A DNA stretch of 64,000 nucleotides, taken from Eledone cirrhosa. Its lineage: Eukaryota. The stretch spans positions 144,708,001-144,772,000 of the forward strand of contig OZ024741.1 in the NCBI GenBank assembly GCA_964016885.1, in the 5' to 3' direction. The notes beneath the pieces were generated by a model. The model did not search any database and was not told the DNA's origin. It was given only the letters and a program-made list of their open reading frames with translations. Positions 42,064 to 56,572 of the stretch are shown piece by piece; position 1 is the first letter of the stretch; each line of letters opens with the position of its first letter. Position numbers and translations under genes: made by a program.

Positions 42064-45000
42064 GGAGGAGGAGGAGGAGGAGGAGGAGGAGGATAAATAA
42101 ATTCCAAATGTTTCCTTTTGCAACTTCTCAATTCACCATACAATCCATGCCAAGCGTGGTTTTATTAGTTTCTTTTGTCACATGCTAAACCAACTTTACC
42201 ACTGTCAAACCTGAAATCCCTTAACTGTTTGCTAACCTTCGTTTTATTGCAAATGCTTACAGCCATTTTCCATGAGCATCAACTCTAGTTCTCTAATACT
42301 ATTTTTTCTATATTTAAATTTTTTTAAAATCTACTAAAACCTATTATTGATTCAAAATTTCATATTCAATTGTTTATATTTAGAAAACAGGAAGAAAAAA
42401 AGAAAAAAAAGGAATCGGAGGATGAAAAAGAACATGAATAAAGAAAGAACAAGAATGGGGGGGAAATGTGGAGGGACAAATACATTTCAGATGTGCCCTG
42501 CAGACAAAATAGTGAAAGAATTGCTGCAGAGAATAGCCAGTAATACCTGCTGCATCAACCATTCCACCTCACAGGGCTCTTTCCTCAGGTGCGATGGCCT
42601 CATCCAAATTTAGCAGACGAAAATGACAGTATGGGATTTGAGGACTCTGGTGATCTTGTGGCAATCAGCACAAAAATGAAACAATCAGTCAAATATCTTA
42701 ATTTATCTAAAGACATCTTATATGTTTCATTTCCTATTTTGATTACTGGCAATATACAACTTTCTTTAAATTGTTCAATATTTCAATCCCTCTACCACTT
42801 GCTTCTTGTTCATTCCTGTCTCTTTGTATTCTGTTTGTTGTGTTGGCAATCAATTGCTTATTCTCTTTCCTAATCTCTGTTTTCATTGATCACAGACTCA
42901 ATTGTAACAGTTCTATTTTCAAACTCTATTAAGTATTCTTAGGTACTGCCTGTCCCATTGTATGTGCTAAATCTCTCATAACTTCCATATTGTTTACTTT
43001 TGATAAATGGGTTTCTAGCATTTGATTTGATTGGTAAATTGTTGAAGCCCTTTATCCATTACTTGGTCAAATTTAGAATTGCATTTATTTCCAACAAAGA
43101 AAAATTCCTTGAACAAATTTACTTTCTTGTCTACAACATTTCTTATGATTTCATTATTTAATGCTGCTCAGGGCAATGGATTTGCAGTGTCAGTAGAGCA
43201 TTGGATAATATGCTTTGTGGCATAGTGTTATGGTCCTTTACAAGATTAGCAAATCCCACTGAGGTTAGCTTTGCCTTTCATCCTTATGGAGTTAATAAAA
43301 TAAAGTACCAGTAATGCACTGGGGTCAATTACATCAACTTCTCCCTCCCCCAAAATTGTTGGTCTTGTGACTAAATCAGAAACCATTATTTATTTCGTCA
43401 TTTACACTGCTTTTTACCAAGTTAATTTAAAGACTGTCTCAATTCCAGAGGTTATTCAGTCTGCTGCAGTGTTTAGGGACTGAGAGTACAGATTTCCTCC
43501 CTGGAGGGGCTGCTACACTGTGACAAAGTTAGCCCTCAGCTACTGCTGTAGGTACTAATTTTATGCAGTTGATTAGACTGGAGCAATATGAAATGAAGTG
43601 TTATACTCAAGGACACAAGATGCTGCCTGATCCAAGAATCAAACCAACAACCTTTTATAATCATGAACCTAACACCCAAACTACTAGGCCATACATCTGC
43701 ATGCTCTTTCCCAGATATAAGCAACTTTTTTGTTACTATTTTGTATACTCAATTTCATTCATAAGGCTTGGATTGACCTAAAGCAATAGTAAATGACATT
43801 TGACCAAGATGCCAATCAATGAGATTGAATCTGGGACCCAATGATTGTGAAGCAAACTTCTTAATCATTCAGCCATACATTTTATATTTATTTTACCATG
43901 CTTGCATGAGATGTTATTCACAGTTATGTGACACAAGATAAACAAATCCAAAGTTGGAACCATTGGTGATGTGTGAGGTTTAGACTTAGCTATTTGAAAT
44001 CTAAACCAATTTCTTATGAGAATTTTGTTCCTGCAAATATACTCAATCTTTTACCAATATTTTTCTAATTTTTATCATTACCAACAAAGACAAGTAGCAG
44101 TTCTTCACTGTACTACTACTAAAATATAAATGCTGAACCATTTCACCAAGGAGAGTAAAACTATTATTACTCCAAGAGAGATGCAGACAGAGTCAGTGAG
44201 AGAGAAAGAAAGAGTGAGAGAAAGAAAGAGAGAGTTAAAGAAAGCTGAAGAAGTTGGTTGAAATAATATCTACATTCTGAAAGAAATATACAACAGACAG
44301 TAAAAGACAGACCAATTGAGAATAGTAATGAGATTCAGTGAAAGGGAAATTTCTTGGCCATAGAACAGCAGCACTTCAATCTATGGAACTATATATTCAA
44401 TCTATGGAACTATATATTCAATCTATGAAACTATATTCAATGTATTGAAGTAGCATTTGACCAGCCTCCCTTGATGATAACACATTCATCTTTGTAAGAG
44501 AGCTTGGATATTTTTGATAAGAGAGCAAAACCCCAGAGCCATGAAAATCCGAAATATTCCTCAAGTTATGGCAATTGATAAAGCAATACTTGAAGAATTG
44601 TGTTATAAAACTGGTGTAAAACTATTAATAATGGACACAGCATGGCTAAATGGTAAATAAGTTTGCTTTGTAATCATTAAGTCCTGGATTTGAGCCACTG
44701 CATGGCACCTTGAGCAAGTGTCATTTACCACAGCCTCAGGTCAACACAAGCAACGTGAATGAAATTGGATAGATGGAAACTATCATTATAATTTAAAAGG
44801 CCAACTTTGTCATACATACTGTTATGTTAAATCTCCCTTAGAATTATGTTAAAGGGACACACGTAAGTGAAATTCTCATGCTGAAATCCCTTTCAGCAAT
44901 AGTAGAGTGTTGTAGGTGTAATGCTAGACACAAATTAAATCATTAACAGTCTTGATTATTTCAAAGTACAATAATTCCATACATGTATGACAAGAGTTTT

Positions 45001-45793
45001 AAGGCCATTTTCTTTGCAAAAACAAGGGTTAGCCTTTTGGGCATCATGACAAAAGTTTTAATTTTTCTCTATCATCTGCATCCTCCCCCACCAGTCCACT
45101 GGCTTTCATTCATTTCCCCCTCCATCATCTTTAGCCATGTCTTTCTTGGTCTTCCCCTTTTTCTATTTCCTTCCCCATTCATTTCCATCATTCCTCTCAC
45201 CCAGTCACTCTTATCTTTCCTCCACATGACTCAAACCATCTCATTCAGTTTCTCTTCACAACATTTATGACTGTCTCTATTCCCACCCTCTTTGGCTGTA
45301 GGAAAGGCATCTGGCCTACAAAAAGGACCTCATGATGAATATATGTAAACATACAAATATTATGCATACATGTAAACATACATATTTTATATTTTGCATG
45401 ATTAAAAAGGATTGTAATAGAATCAGTACCAGTCATGTACTGGTTGATTAACCCTTTCACAACCATATCTTTAATGAAATACTCTGTATTTGAATTAATT
45501 AATGAAGAAATTTGGAGGGATTTACTAAATTTATCAATTATTTCATTACTAAGATGGTATATGTAACATAACTTAAAAGGTTTTTTATATAAGATTTTGT
45601 TGGAAGATTCTAATTTAAATCCTTTAAAATGGATGGTTTTCTTTCATAGAATCAGCCTGGTATCAAAAGGGCTAAGTAAATTACATCTCTGCACCTAAAT
45701 TTGTGATCTGTGAGCCTATGAGAGAAATCATTCTTCAGAAAGAAATATTCCACCCATGAAAATTGCATCTTTGAAGCAATAGATCTATGACTA

Positions 45794-46339
45794 TCTAAAC
45801 TATAATAAAGGAAGGTCTGCGGGACTGCGCACGGTTTATTTTATTTTATCCCGTTAGTAAAATAAGTTGGATTACTTGAATAATAAATACATAAATATGA
45901 CATAATTTATCTACTAAATTTTGTAAACAGAAATAATTTCGTAAAAAATAAATAATTTAAAATTAACTTCTTTTCAAAGTTGCACTTCCGGTATATTGTT
46001 GCCACCACCACTACTTCAACTACCATATATATAGAAAGAGAGAGTGTGTGATGTCAACACTTCCGGTGGCGATCACTTAAATAAACATACTGATTTTCTG
46101 TCACTAATTTTCTCGTAATGCAGTTTATATATAATATCGTCTTTTTTTAATGTATCATGGATTACGTTATTGATTACATAAGACAGTGTAACAATGTCTT
46201 CGTTCAATTTCTGTTTATATTGTAAATTACGATTTTATTTGATGTATCATATCTACATGTATATATACTTGCGTATAATATCAATATACACACTACACAT
46301 GCTAGCAGAAAACCATCCTTCGGGTGGTTTTTCTGCTAG
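45794..46339 (+). mobile_element. Non-autonomous Helitron-like element
   Basis: A|TC 5' end, subterminal hairpin, CTAG|T 3' end; second copy inverted at 50450-50929. Confidence 0.75.
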
Positions 46340-47369
46340 TATTATCCAATGTGTCCTCACATCTTAAAGGCTGTAGGACTATATGATGACGTCTGACTGG
46401 TAACAAAATAAAAGGAAATTCATGCTCTTTTGGCCAACATGTTAATAAAAGCATACAAACATATATGTCAGTGTTTATGAATGATGCAGCATAAGTGATC
46501 TGAGAGAAACACTTGCCATAAGAGGAATTGGATGCCCACATGCCATCCCACAAATCCTAACAACCACATATGTGTGTGTGTGTGTACAGAGATACAATTA
46601 ATGAAGAATATACAGAAGTGTGTTGCTGTTGTAGCCAGATGAGTGTTCTAGTTGTTTCCACCATAGAACAGCCTGCTTATGACAGAGTGTGTGACAAGAA
46701 TGGCCTTTTGAATTGCAGGTACATTTCATTTTTCTAAGCTTTTTGCACTGGAGCAAATCTTATTCAAAGATACAATGCACCACTGGGAATCAATCTCATG
46801 ACCTTTGAATCATGGCTCAAGCACCTTAACAAGTAAACCATGCTCTTCACACAGAAATGTGTATACATATGGTAAATTCCATATTTCAGAAATACAATGA
46901 AATATATTTACAAAACAAAATATATTCCTTCAAATGTCTATTTATTAAAGGATGCTGTTAAGTATTTTTGTTGTTCAATAAACAGAAGCTTGCCTCAGGT
47001 GTTCCATCTTTCTTTTTTAATACTTTGCAGGTGATCTTTGATTAATTGGGAGCAGCGCCTCAGCTAGGCACAAGTGTTCTTCTTGCTGTCTAGATGTGAA
47101 CAAATTGGATGGAATATCCTCTATTGTGTGTATGTATGTATTTCTGGTTTTATAATTTCACAAAGTTTTACCAATAGAGAAAGAGTCAGTTTCAAACATA
47201 GATACAAGACTCTTTCATTGGAATTTACACATCAACTAGGTAGATATGTATGCATGTCTGCATGCATGTATGTGCAGGTATGGATGTTATTGTATGTGTG
47301 GAGGTGTACATTTTGAGTTGTATGTGTGCACGTGTATATGCATTGAATGTGGAGTTATTAGATGCAGAA

Positions 47370-47697
47370 TTTTTGGAATGTTTTCATATTTTTACTGTTC
47401 AATTAATGGATTGTACTTGTAATTTTCTAACTAGTCGTGTTCTTTCTGTTTCTGTGAAGCCCAGCTTCTCAAGATTTGTACTGAGGAAGTTACTAACATA
47501 TCTCAGTGCCCCAATAATCAGAGGTATAAATATGAAGGTATAGTCAGGGTGGAGTATCTGCAGATTTCTCATTAGCTCTGCATAGATATTCTCCTTTCCT
47601 CTAATCTTTAATATTATATTGGCATCTGCTGGGCAGCTAACTCCCACTACTGTGCATGCCTTCTTATCCCTGTCCCATTATAATTATATTTGGTCTG
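47370..47697 (-). pseudogene. Restriction-like endonuclease fragment of an R4/NeSL-type non-LTR retrotransposon
   Basis: RPNIII..WDRDKKACTVVGVSCPADANI..KENIYAEL..IPLIIGAL motifs. Confidence 0.75.
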
Positions 47698-47826
47698 TCT
47701 GTATATATGTATGTGTGTATAGTACATATTATATATATAATATATGTATTATATATATTTAACATATATATTATACATATACATTATATATACATATATA
47801 TATATATATACAGTTTATATATATAT

Positions 47827-48455
47827 CTAAGGCGGGTAAAATTCCCGAGATCCATGGACGAGTTCTCTCCAGCGGTCTCTGTCCCTCATTATCGCTGCCA
47901 TGTCCTGCGTCTCCAACAGACCAGTGTCTGTCCTTAGGGCATCAACATACGTTAACCTTGGTCTTCCTCTTCTAGTGTGTCCATGTAGGGGCTCCCAAAG
48001 GAGCACTGAGTGAAATGTCAACTCTGGATGTCGGTGAGCATGTCCAGCTAACCTCAGTCTCCTCTGTGTCACTTTTGAGCTGACTTTTGGGATGCTCCCA
48101 TACAGCTCTGAGTTTTTCATCCTCAGTGTATACTGATTAATGTTCAGAGCCATCCTCAGCATTCTCGTGTAGCACCCATCCACCATCTGAGTGAGTTTCT
48201 TGGTCAGTGTCCAAGTCTCAGACCTATACAGCAGCACAGACTCCACTACAGCAATGAAGAGGCGGATTTTCAGGTCTCTACGAAGGTCCGACTTCCACAT
48301 CAATCTCAAGCTGTGGCACGCCGCCCAGGCCTTGCTCTTCCTCTCAACCACATCATCTTCCATATTCCCAATCTTTGCTCCCAAATACAGGAAGTCCTCA
48401 ACCAATTCCAGCGGCTTCCCGCCTACATTAGTGATCCCCTCTGGCTTCTCAACAC
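47827..48455 (-). mobile_element. RTE-clade LINE 3' portion (same family as 5941-6752)
   Basis: ORF 47827-48405 nearly identical to the C-terminus of the 5933-6748 protein. Confidence 0.93.
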
Positions 48456-48469
48456 ACCTGTCATCACAT

Positions 48470-48792
48470 CAGTCATTACACCTGATGGGATGACAGAGTT
48501 CTTTGAGATACTGGCTGGAGTGCTCCAGGGAGATACTTTGGCTCCCTACCTTTTTATCATCGTAGTGGACTATTGTATGCGCCTTGCACTGGAGAAACAC
48601 CAGGACTCTGGCTTTACTGTAGCACCGGCTCAGAGCAGGAGAGTTAGGGCGAAAAAGGTATCGGATGCTGAATTTGCCGACGACATAGTTTTGGTGACAA
48701 ATACAGTGAAGGAGGCAGAGGATTTGATGCAGGAGGTTGAGACTGTGTTGATGAGTGTGGGGCTGAGAATGAATGAGACTAAAACAAAATAT
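48470..48792 (+). mobile_element. Inverted 5' segment of the same RTE insertion
   Basis: [11 protein letters not shown]...[10 protein letters not shown]...EFADD...ETKTKY on the opposite strand, ending where the minus-strand part begins. Confidence 0.9.
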
Positions 48793-49077
48793 ATATATAT
48801 ATATATATGATATACCATCATCAACATCATCATCACCATTTAACGTCCATTTTTACATGCTAGCATGGGTTAGGCGAATTGTCCTGTTGTGAGAAATCCT
48901 GGGTTAGGTGACCATGTTTTGCTCATACAGAACTGCTTTTGGCTTGGTTTCCTCAGCTGGATGCCCTTCCTAATGCCAACCACATTTACAGTGCGTACTG
49001 GGTGCATTTTGCATGACACCTACATGACCACTTTGCATAAATATACATATATATATACACACACACACACACACACT

Positions 49078-49121
<44 letters not shown>

Positions 49122-49314
49122 GCACATATACTCATATATATATATGTAGACGCGCTCCATCATCCACTTTTCTAAAAAAATATATCATACACAAAATGCC
49201 AGCATCAACAGTTTTCCAAGAGTTGGCAACATGAATCGACCTGTTATTTTTATCTAAAGACATGTTTTCCAATTCCACCCCGCCCGTCCCTTCAATCTAT
49301 CTAATTTCTCATTC

Positions 49315-49352
49315 TTTTTCTGATGAAGGACTAGCGTCCGAAACGTTAAGAA
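49315..49352 (+). ncRNA. Minimal type I hammerhead in a Penelope-like 3' remnant
   Basis: TTTTT-CTGATGA-A-GGAC-TAGC-GTCC-GAAA-CG-TT-AAGAA; palindromic AACGTT stem III; weak stem I. Confidence 0.65.
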
Positions 49353-49589
49353 CCTCTTCCTGCTATTTCAAGCGTTATCCTAATATATTCCTACCATATA
49401 CTGTTCTGATTGTGTTGTTATTTCTGTTTACCTTTTAAATAAATATATAAACATATATATATATATATATACAAATACATATATATATATATACATCCAT
49501 GATGATTTCTTTTGAATGAAACAGTTCTAGTCCTGTAGAAGCCATTTCTACATTAAACTTGATATATATGTATAACAGTTAATAAATAG

Positions 49590-49985
49590 GTGTCAACCAA
49601 ATTATGTAACTGCAGAAACCCTGTCTCATGCCTGCTTAACAATAAATGCCTGATGAAAAATCTAGTTTATCAGTGCAGGGTCACTACTCCTAACTTGACA
49701 TATAAATACATAGGAGCAGTGTTGACAAGCTTCAAAGACAGGTGGTATAATCACTGCCACTCCTTTAATAGGGTCGATAAACAGAAAAGCACGGCCCTTT
49801 CCGAACCGATCTGGAAGCTTAAGTTGGACAGGAACCCATACTCTTTGGTCAGGTCCAAGTTTTGGGAGGTACCTCCAGAGGGATGTGGATCAGTCATTTG
49901 TAGCCTCTGTCTGAGTGAGACCGTCGAGATACTCAGAAGGGGAATACAATCTGGGAAGAGAACTTTCCTCAAGCTATATGGTTAG
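49590..49985 (+). pseudogene. Penelope-like GIY-YIG endonuclease fragment
   Basis: CNCRNPVSCLLNNKCL..LVYQC..YIGA..FKDRWYNH..STALSE..CSLCLSE; paralog of 1671-1978. Confidence 0.88.
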
Positions 49986-50449
49986 TAACCCTGCCTCATG
50001 GGGTTCCAGATGGACCACCCACACCTGTTTCTATCTCATGTTTCTCTATTAATCTCTGAATACATCCCAGGGCCACACTAACATTGCTACTTTTTTCCTT
50101 TGGAATTCCCCCATTTCCTCATCGCAAATATAACTCTTATATACTTCATAGCATATTCTATATCCCTGTACGACTATCAATTTTGTGATACATATTAGGT
50201 GTTGGCATAGTCTAATCTGGGTACTTTTTGCACATCCCACATTTTTGTTCTTCTTGTACTTCTTTTTTTCATCTGACCCCTGTATCTACTGCTGTACCAT
50301 TTACTTTATGCTTGTGATGTATTCTTTGTTTATTTAAAGGCCATCCATCTATCTCCAAACTAATTTTTACTTTACTTTAACTTATTTTATCATTCATATA
50401 TGTCAGAACTAATTCTTGACTAATTCTACATACTGGTTATTATATTATA

Positions 50450-50929
50450 CTAGCAGAAAAACCACCCTACAGGTGGTTTTCTGCTAGCATGTGTAGTGTG
50501 TATATTGATATTATACACAAATATATATGCATGTAAATATGATACATCAAATAAAATCGTAATTGGCAATATACACAGAAATTGAACAAAGCCCATGCTA
50601 CACTGCCTTCTGTAATCAGTAATCCATGATATATAAAAAAAAAGACGACATTATATATAAACTGCATTAGGAGAAAATTAGCGACGGAAATATATGCGAT
50701 TATAAGTGTTATAATATAACGGCCACTAACCGGAAGTGTTGACATTTGATAATTTTAAAGTAGTGAATTTTAAAGATTAAGCTATAAAATCAACAGCCAT
50801 GAAATTTAACACATAAATTATGTAATATTCATTAATTATTTATTCAAAGTAATCCAACTTATTTTACAAACGGGGTAAAAAATATATTCTGGACGCAATC
50901 CCGCAGGCCTGCCTTTATTATAGTTAAGA
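50450..50929 (-). mobile_element. Non-autonomous Helitron-like element (second copy)
   Basis: Reverse-complement similarity to 45794-46339 with the same TC...CTAG ends at an A|T site. Confidence 0.75.
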
Positions 50930-51118
50930 TTATTCTTGTGCCAAAATTAGAAACCATTATTATTGACGTATTGAGTTATAGCCCTTGCCATTCTGAGCTC
51001 AAATCGCGCCGTGGTTAACTTTGCCTTTCATCCTTACAGGGATGATAAAATATAGTACCAGTAATGCACTGGGTAATTGCTGGGCTTGTGCCAAAAGTAG
51101 AAACAATTATTAGATTAT

Positions 51119-51159
<41 letters not shown>

Positions 51160-51566
51160 ACTAACTAACTAACTAGCTAAAGTATCATCGTTACAGTCTG
51201 TTATCATTACTGCTGAAAACAATTCCATCCCACACAGCAACATATCTACAAGCTCAGCCCCTACTGCTAAAGCATCCCTGATTCACCTGGTTCCTGAACA
51301 AGTAGAAGGCAAATCTAAAACCATGGCACCACTAAGGAATTCACAATGGCTTGGTGATATTGTGGTGAAACTACCTCCGACCAATAGATGGTGGCTTTCT
51401 ATATCCCTTTTGCTGATACTGGGAGGCTATTTATTCTAAGTCATATGTCACTGGTGCTTTGAGAAAGTAACACTAAATATCAGCCTGGGCATATCAATGA
51501 ATCAAAACAACAGGAGTAATTTTTATTTCTTTTTTATGTTTTTATGTTTTTTCTATTTAACTTCTA

Positions 51567-51624
51567 GTTGTCTGATGAGGTCATAACTGTTGCAAAGGGT
51601 TATCACCAAAATATATATAGCAGC
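51567..51624 (+). ncRNA. Degenerate type I hammerhead (G12 changed to A)
   Basis: GTTGT-CTGATGA-GGTCATAACT...GGTTATCACC-AAAA-TATATAT-A-GCAGC; related to the 196/3171 family. Confidence 0.55.
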
Positions 51625-51938
51625 GATTATGAATAAATGATGTAAATTAAAACTTGACTTGTACTTCATGATTTTACATACATACATATATACATATTTA
51701 CATATACATACATATATATATATACACACATACATATATACACACACATACATATACACATATACATACATATATACACATACATACATATATATACACA
51801 CATACATATATATACACACATACATATATACACATACATACATATATACACATACATATATATTATATATATACACACACATACATACATATACACACAC
51901 AAACATACATACATACACACATACATGCATACATACAC

Positions 51939-51971
<33 letters not shown>

Positions 51972-53271
51972 CACATACATAAATATATACATACACAAAA
52001 TTGTGTTAAAATATGCATGAGTGTGTGTGTGTATAACACACATATACAGACACACACACATATATGTATATGCGTGTGTGTGTATTATACACGCACACCC
52101 TCATGCATATTTTAACGCAATTTAATGTTTGACATGTATGCATGTGTCTGTACACAAATCTGTGGCTGTTGATACTGTATGAAAAATATGTAAAAGCAAC
52201 AAAACAACTCTACTGGTAAAAGCAAATAAGTAAAAATTTCTCTTGAACTCTATTAGAACAAAGAATTTGTCTGCTATATCACACTATACTGAAAAAGTGA
52301 GGCATTGCTTTGTGGTTAAACAGTTCACTTTGCAACCGTACAGTTTTAGGTGTAATTCAACTGTGTTCAAGCATTTGTACACGTGTCTGTTGTTATCCTT
52401 AACTAGAACACAAACAAATATAAAGCAAACCTAACTCAACAAAATGTAAATCTTTAATTTGCAGTCAACCTCACCCATCATAGATATAGTACACAAGTCA
52501 TAAATTAAATTCAAACAAGTCTTTCAAAATCATATACCAGCTCTCCCAGTAAAAAAAACAATTAACCTGCTTTAATCACAGGAATGTAATCAAGCTGCAT
52601 CTGTCATGTGTTTTGCACCTACAAGTTCCCCTCCAAGGCACAAATCCAGTCATGGTATTTTTGTGGAAGACCAGCAGTTGCCCATGCATGCCTGTATCAC
52701 TGCCTCTTCACACCACTGCTGCTGTCCAAGTGAAACACAAAAGCCAGTACAGCTTGACATCACAACTTATTTCTACAACTGAGTGAACTGGAGCAACATG
52801 AAATAAAGTGTCTTACAACGCAAAGCCTGGTCCAGGAATCGAACTTACAAACTCAAAAATGTGCCTGTCATATTAAATGGATTCTATATTACTATATCAG
52901 TGTCTAGCATCTGAGAGATGCTTGGTTCTTCAACTATCATTTATAGTGATCGACTATTATCATAGTCATTTGCACTTGGAATGGCTACATTTAAAATATT
53001 CCCAATACCTCTCAGGTTAACCATATGTTTATATTTACAATTCTCACCTATGCAGGATTAGCTAGCCTCCTTCAGGTTGCATCTCATAAAAGGTTTCTTA
53101 GGTGTCTTAGTAAAAAGGCTCCCAGGGTGATCATGAAAAACATCATATTCAAGAACACAATGCACTGCCCAGTCAAGAAATTGAACTCTTGGCTTTATAA
53201 TTGTGAACCCAACACTCTAACCCTTAGGCCATATATACATATATATATACAAAGCGAAACGTACAGTCAGT

Positions 53272-53636
53272 AGGCACCTCTAACAAAAATACACCCTGGC
53301 CCCACTACCCCCACCCCATCCACACCACCCCTTCCAATGTAAAGTTATGTTGGTACCACAACATCCAGTCCGAAACAAATGAGGTCGTGTAGGTGTCACG
53401 ACAAAAAAACACACAGTCCATGCTGTAATGTGGCCGTGTAGGTAACACGGTAAAAACCTCCCAGTCCCACACTGTAAACGTGTTTGCTGTTAGGAAGGGC
53501 ATCCAGCCGTAGAAAACCCGCCAGACAGTCCTATACGAGCAAGACAACCAATCTTGCCTCAAGTGGGAAAATTCCTGTCCAAACCCATGCTAGCGTGGAA
53601 GATGGACGTTAAACGATGATGATGATGATGATGATA
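53272..53636 (+). mobile_element. 5'-truncated RTE LINE 3'UTR ending in (GAT)n
   Basis: Matches about 57583-57957. Confidence 0.85.
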
Positions 53637-53992
53637 TATATATATATACATGTACACACACACACACATGCATATATGTGTGTGTGTGTACATGTAGGAA
53701 AGATACTAATAAAGATTAAAGATTTGGAGATACACTTAATGGTTTGTTTTTTATATATACATGCCAATTTACAATATACAATGAATAGACATTAGTTCAT
53801 ACAAATTAAAATAGAATCTTTTAAACAACAGGTGTGTTTGCAGAAATAATCATGGTTATCTAATTTGATTTTGTACTGACTGATTTAAGCTATGTGCATC
53901 TTTTCTTCACTTTTAAAGTTACATTTGTGCTGGTGTTGTGTATTTTTAAAAAATATATTATTATACACACATGCACACACATCATGTGTGTG

Positions 53993-54027
<35 letters not shown>

Positions 54028-54226
54028 ACAAAAATAAAAAGACAGAATATGATAAAATGTAGTGAATTATGATATTTTGGACGATGTCTTCTTCAGAAAT
54101 CGAGTTGATGAAAGAATAGGCAGATAAGTAAGGAAAAAAAAACAGATGAGGCAAATTGCCAAGTGCTGTTATCTGTGTTTGGGAGTGAGAGGGTGTTTCT
54201 GAATGAACAAAAAGGAGGAGAGTATG

Positions 54227-54264
<38 letters not shown>

Positions 54265-56572
54265 TGTGTGTGCATATGTGGGTCTGTAAAGGAAAAGAGG
54301 GAATGTCAATGAGTTAGAGAGAGTGACTGAATCTGTGAGTAAATGAAAGAGAAAGGAGAATGTGAGTGAAAGAGAAGAGAGAGAGTATGAATAAGTAAGT
54401 GAGAAAGAGAGGAGTGTGTGAGTGAGTGAAAGAGGAGAGAGAAGAATAAATTAGAATAAATTGTAACTTACTGTAAAGTACTTTTAATTCTCTGTTTATC
54501 TATGGATGCTAAAATATGTTCAATGGGATCAAGCCTGGATTGGAAACAGAAACATAGAGATTTAAAAGACATGAAGTGGATAACAAAGTATAATTATGTA
54601 ATCATGACAGCAATCATCATCATTATAATCAGCAACAAAAATTAGAGCAGCAACAAAAGTAGCAGAATATGAAATCATGGTTGGAAAAGATTGGGATTGA
54701 AATTTGAACAGATTTATTTATAGAAAACCAGATTATTAGGAACTGCAATGATTCTAAGGAAAGTGGTAGAAAATTGAGCTGATGATGAAAGAATATTAAA
54801 GGATCATTGGTTATGAGTGGCTCTAGGGATTGTGAAAATGACACAAGATCAAACTGATTTAGAAAATAATTGTTTCTATTTTAGGCACAAGGCCAGCAAT
54901 TACTTAGTACATTACTGAATGATAATGATATTGAATTTAGGCACAAGACAAGTAAATTAAATTGACTCAAGTGCCAGACTAGTATTTTATTTATTGAGTT
55001 GGGAAGGATGAAAGGCAAAGTTGACCTAAGCAGGATTTTCACTAAGAATGTAAAAATCCTGAACAAATACTGCTAAGCCCTAACAGCTCAGCCAGTCCGC
55101 CAATAATAGTAATAATTGTTCCTACTTTAAGCATAAGGCCAACAATTTGAGGGGAGGGGAAAGTCGATTATTCGATGCCAGTGCATGATTGGTACATTAT
55201 TTTATCGACTCTGGAAGTATGAAAGGCAAATTCCATCTTGGCAATATTTGAAATTAGAAGATAAAGGCCATAACTAAATGTTTCAAAGCATTTTTTCCAA
55301 CAGTTCTGTCAATCCATAATAATAACAATGGTTCTTGATTTAGGCACAAGGTCAGCAATTTAAGGGAAAGGGAAATTAACTAAATCAATTTCCAGTACTT
55401 TACTGGTAGTATCTATTGACTCCAGAAAGATGAAAAGTAAAGTTGGTCTCAGAAAGATGTGACTATAAAAAAGGTAGTTACAAATGTCTGGCAACTCAAA
55501 TCATCTCCAATTTCTTCAGACAGAAATATTTTATTTTGCTGTTTACCCAAACAATATCAATATCATTGTTCTTAGATAATGGCCACTTAACAATGAGGAG
55601 GAGGTGATACAATCATGAATTAGTTGATGGTCTGGTTAAAAAAAGAAATGTGCAGAGGTGAAGATAATGTAGTTTGATATAATTGATCTCAGTACTGTTC
55701 AGATATTTATTTTCTCAAATTTTGTAGGATGAATGGTTATGTTGGCTGCACTGGAATTTGAGCACAGGACTATAAAATACCATACTCAGCTATAATAAAA
55801 GAAAAAAGAAAAACAAATCAGATCAGATCAATCAAACTATGTATCCATTTGGTCTTTCCCATTGTTGGAAGAGTGGTGGTGGGGGTGTGGGGGTGTATGT
55901 GTGGGGGTGTGTGGGGGGGGGGGGGGGGGGGGGGCATAATTTGAACTAACTCAGAATCCATAGAGCCAAATCAGATACTGCAAAGCAATCTGTTGAATTA
56001 TACCAATTTCATCAATCCACTGCTCCTGAACTGAGTATAGTAATACACTTAGAATTTTCTGAGTTTTTCTAAGAACTTGATAAAAGATTGGATAAAGTGT
56101 TTACAACGGAATATACTTGTTCAAGTATCTTCTTTCTGGGGGATATAAACACATTTATGTCTATTAAAGATCAATATTTTATAAAGAAATAGAGAAAGAA
56201 AAAGACTAAGAATAAGTAAAGTGGTTAGAGCACTGTCACTGTCTATCTTTATAGGATTAAAATGCATGTTTAATTCATGATTATTTTTACTTGTTCAAGA
56301 AGCAAGTAAGTTTCTAAAAGTGGCATCTTGCATTGCATTACATATTTGCTACTTTATTTATTAAAATGGTAATTATAAATGACAATTTTAATCTTCAGGT
56401 ATTTCTGCCTATTTAGATATTTATGAGAATAAAAACAAATTTAACACACACAGAAGAAATTTAAACTGCATTCAATGATATTCAGACAGCACATAGAAGA
56501 CAACATAACCAATATGAAGTATAATATGAACATTTATTATCATGATATTGAGCAACTATATAAATATATATT

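Noticed and set aside
42480-42690. Possible host exon
   Set aside because: No convincing open frame between splice sites on either strand and no recognisable motif
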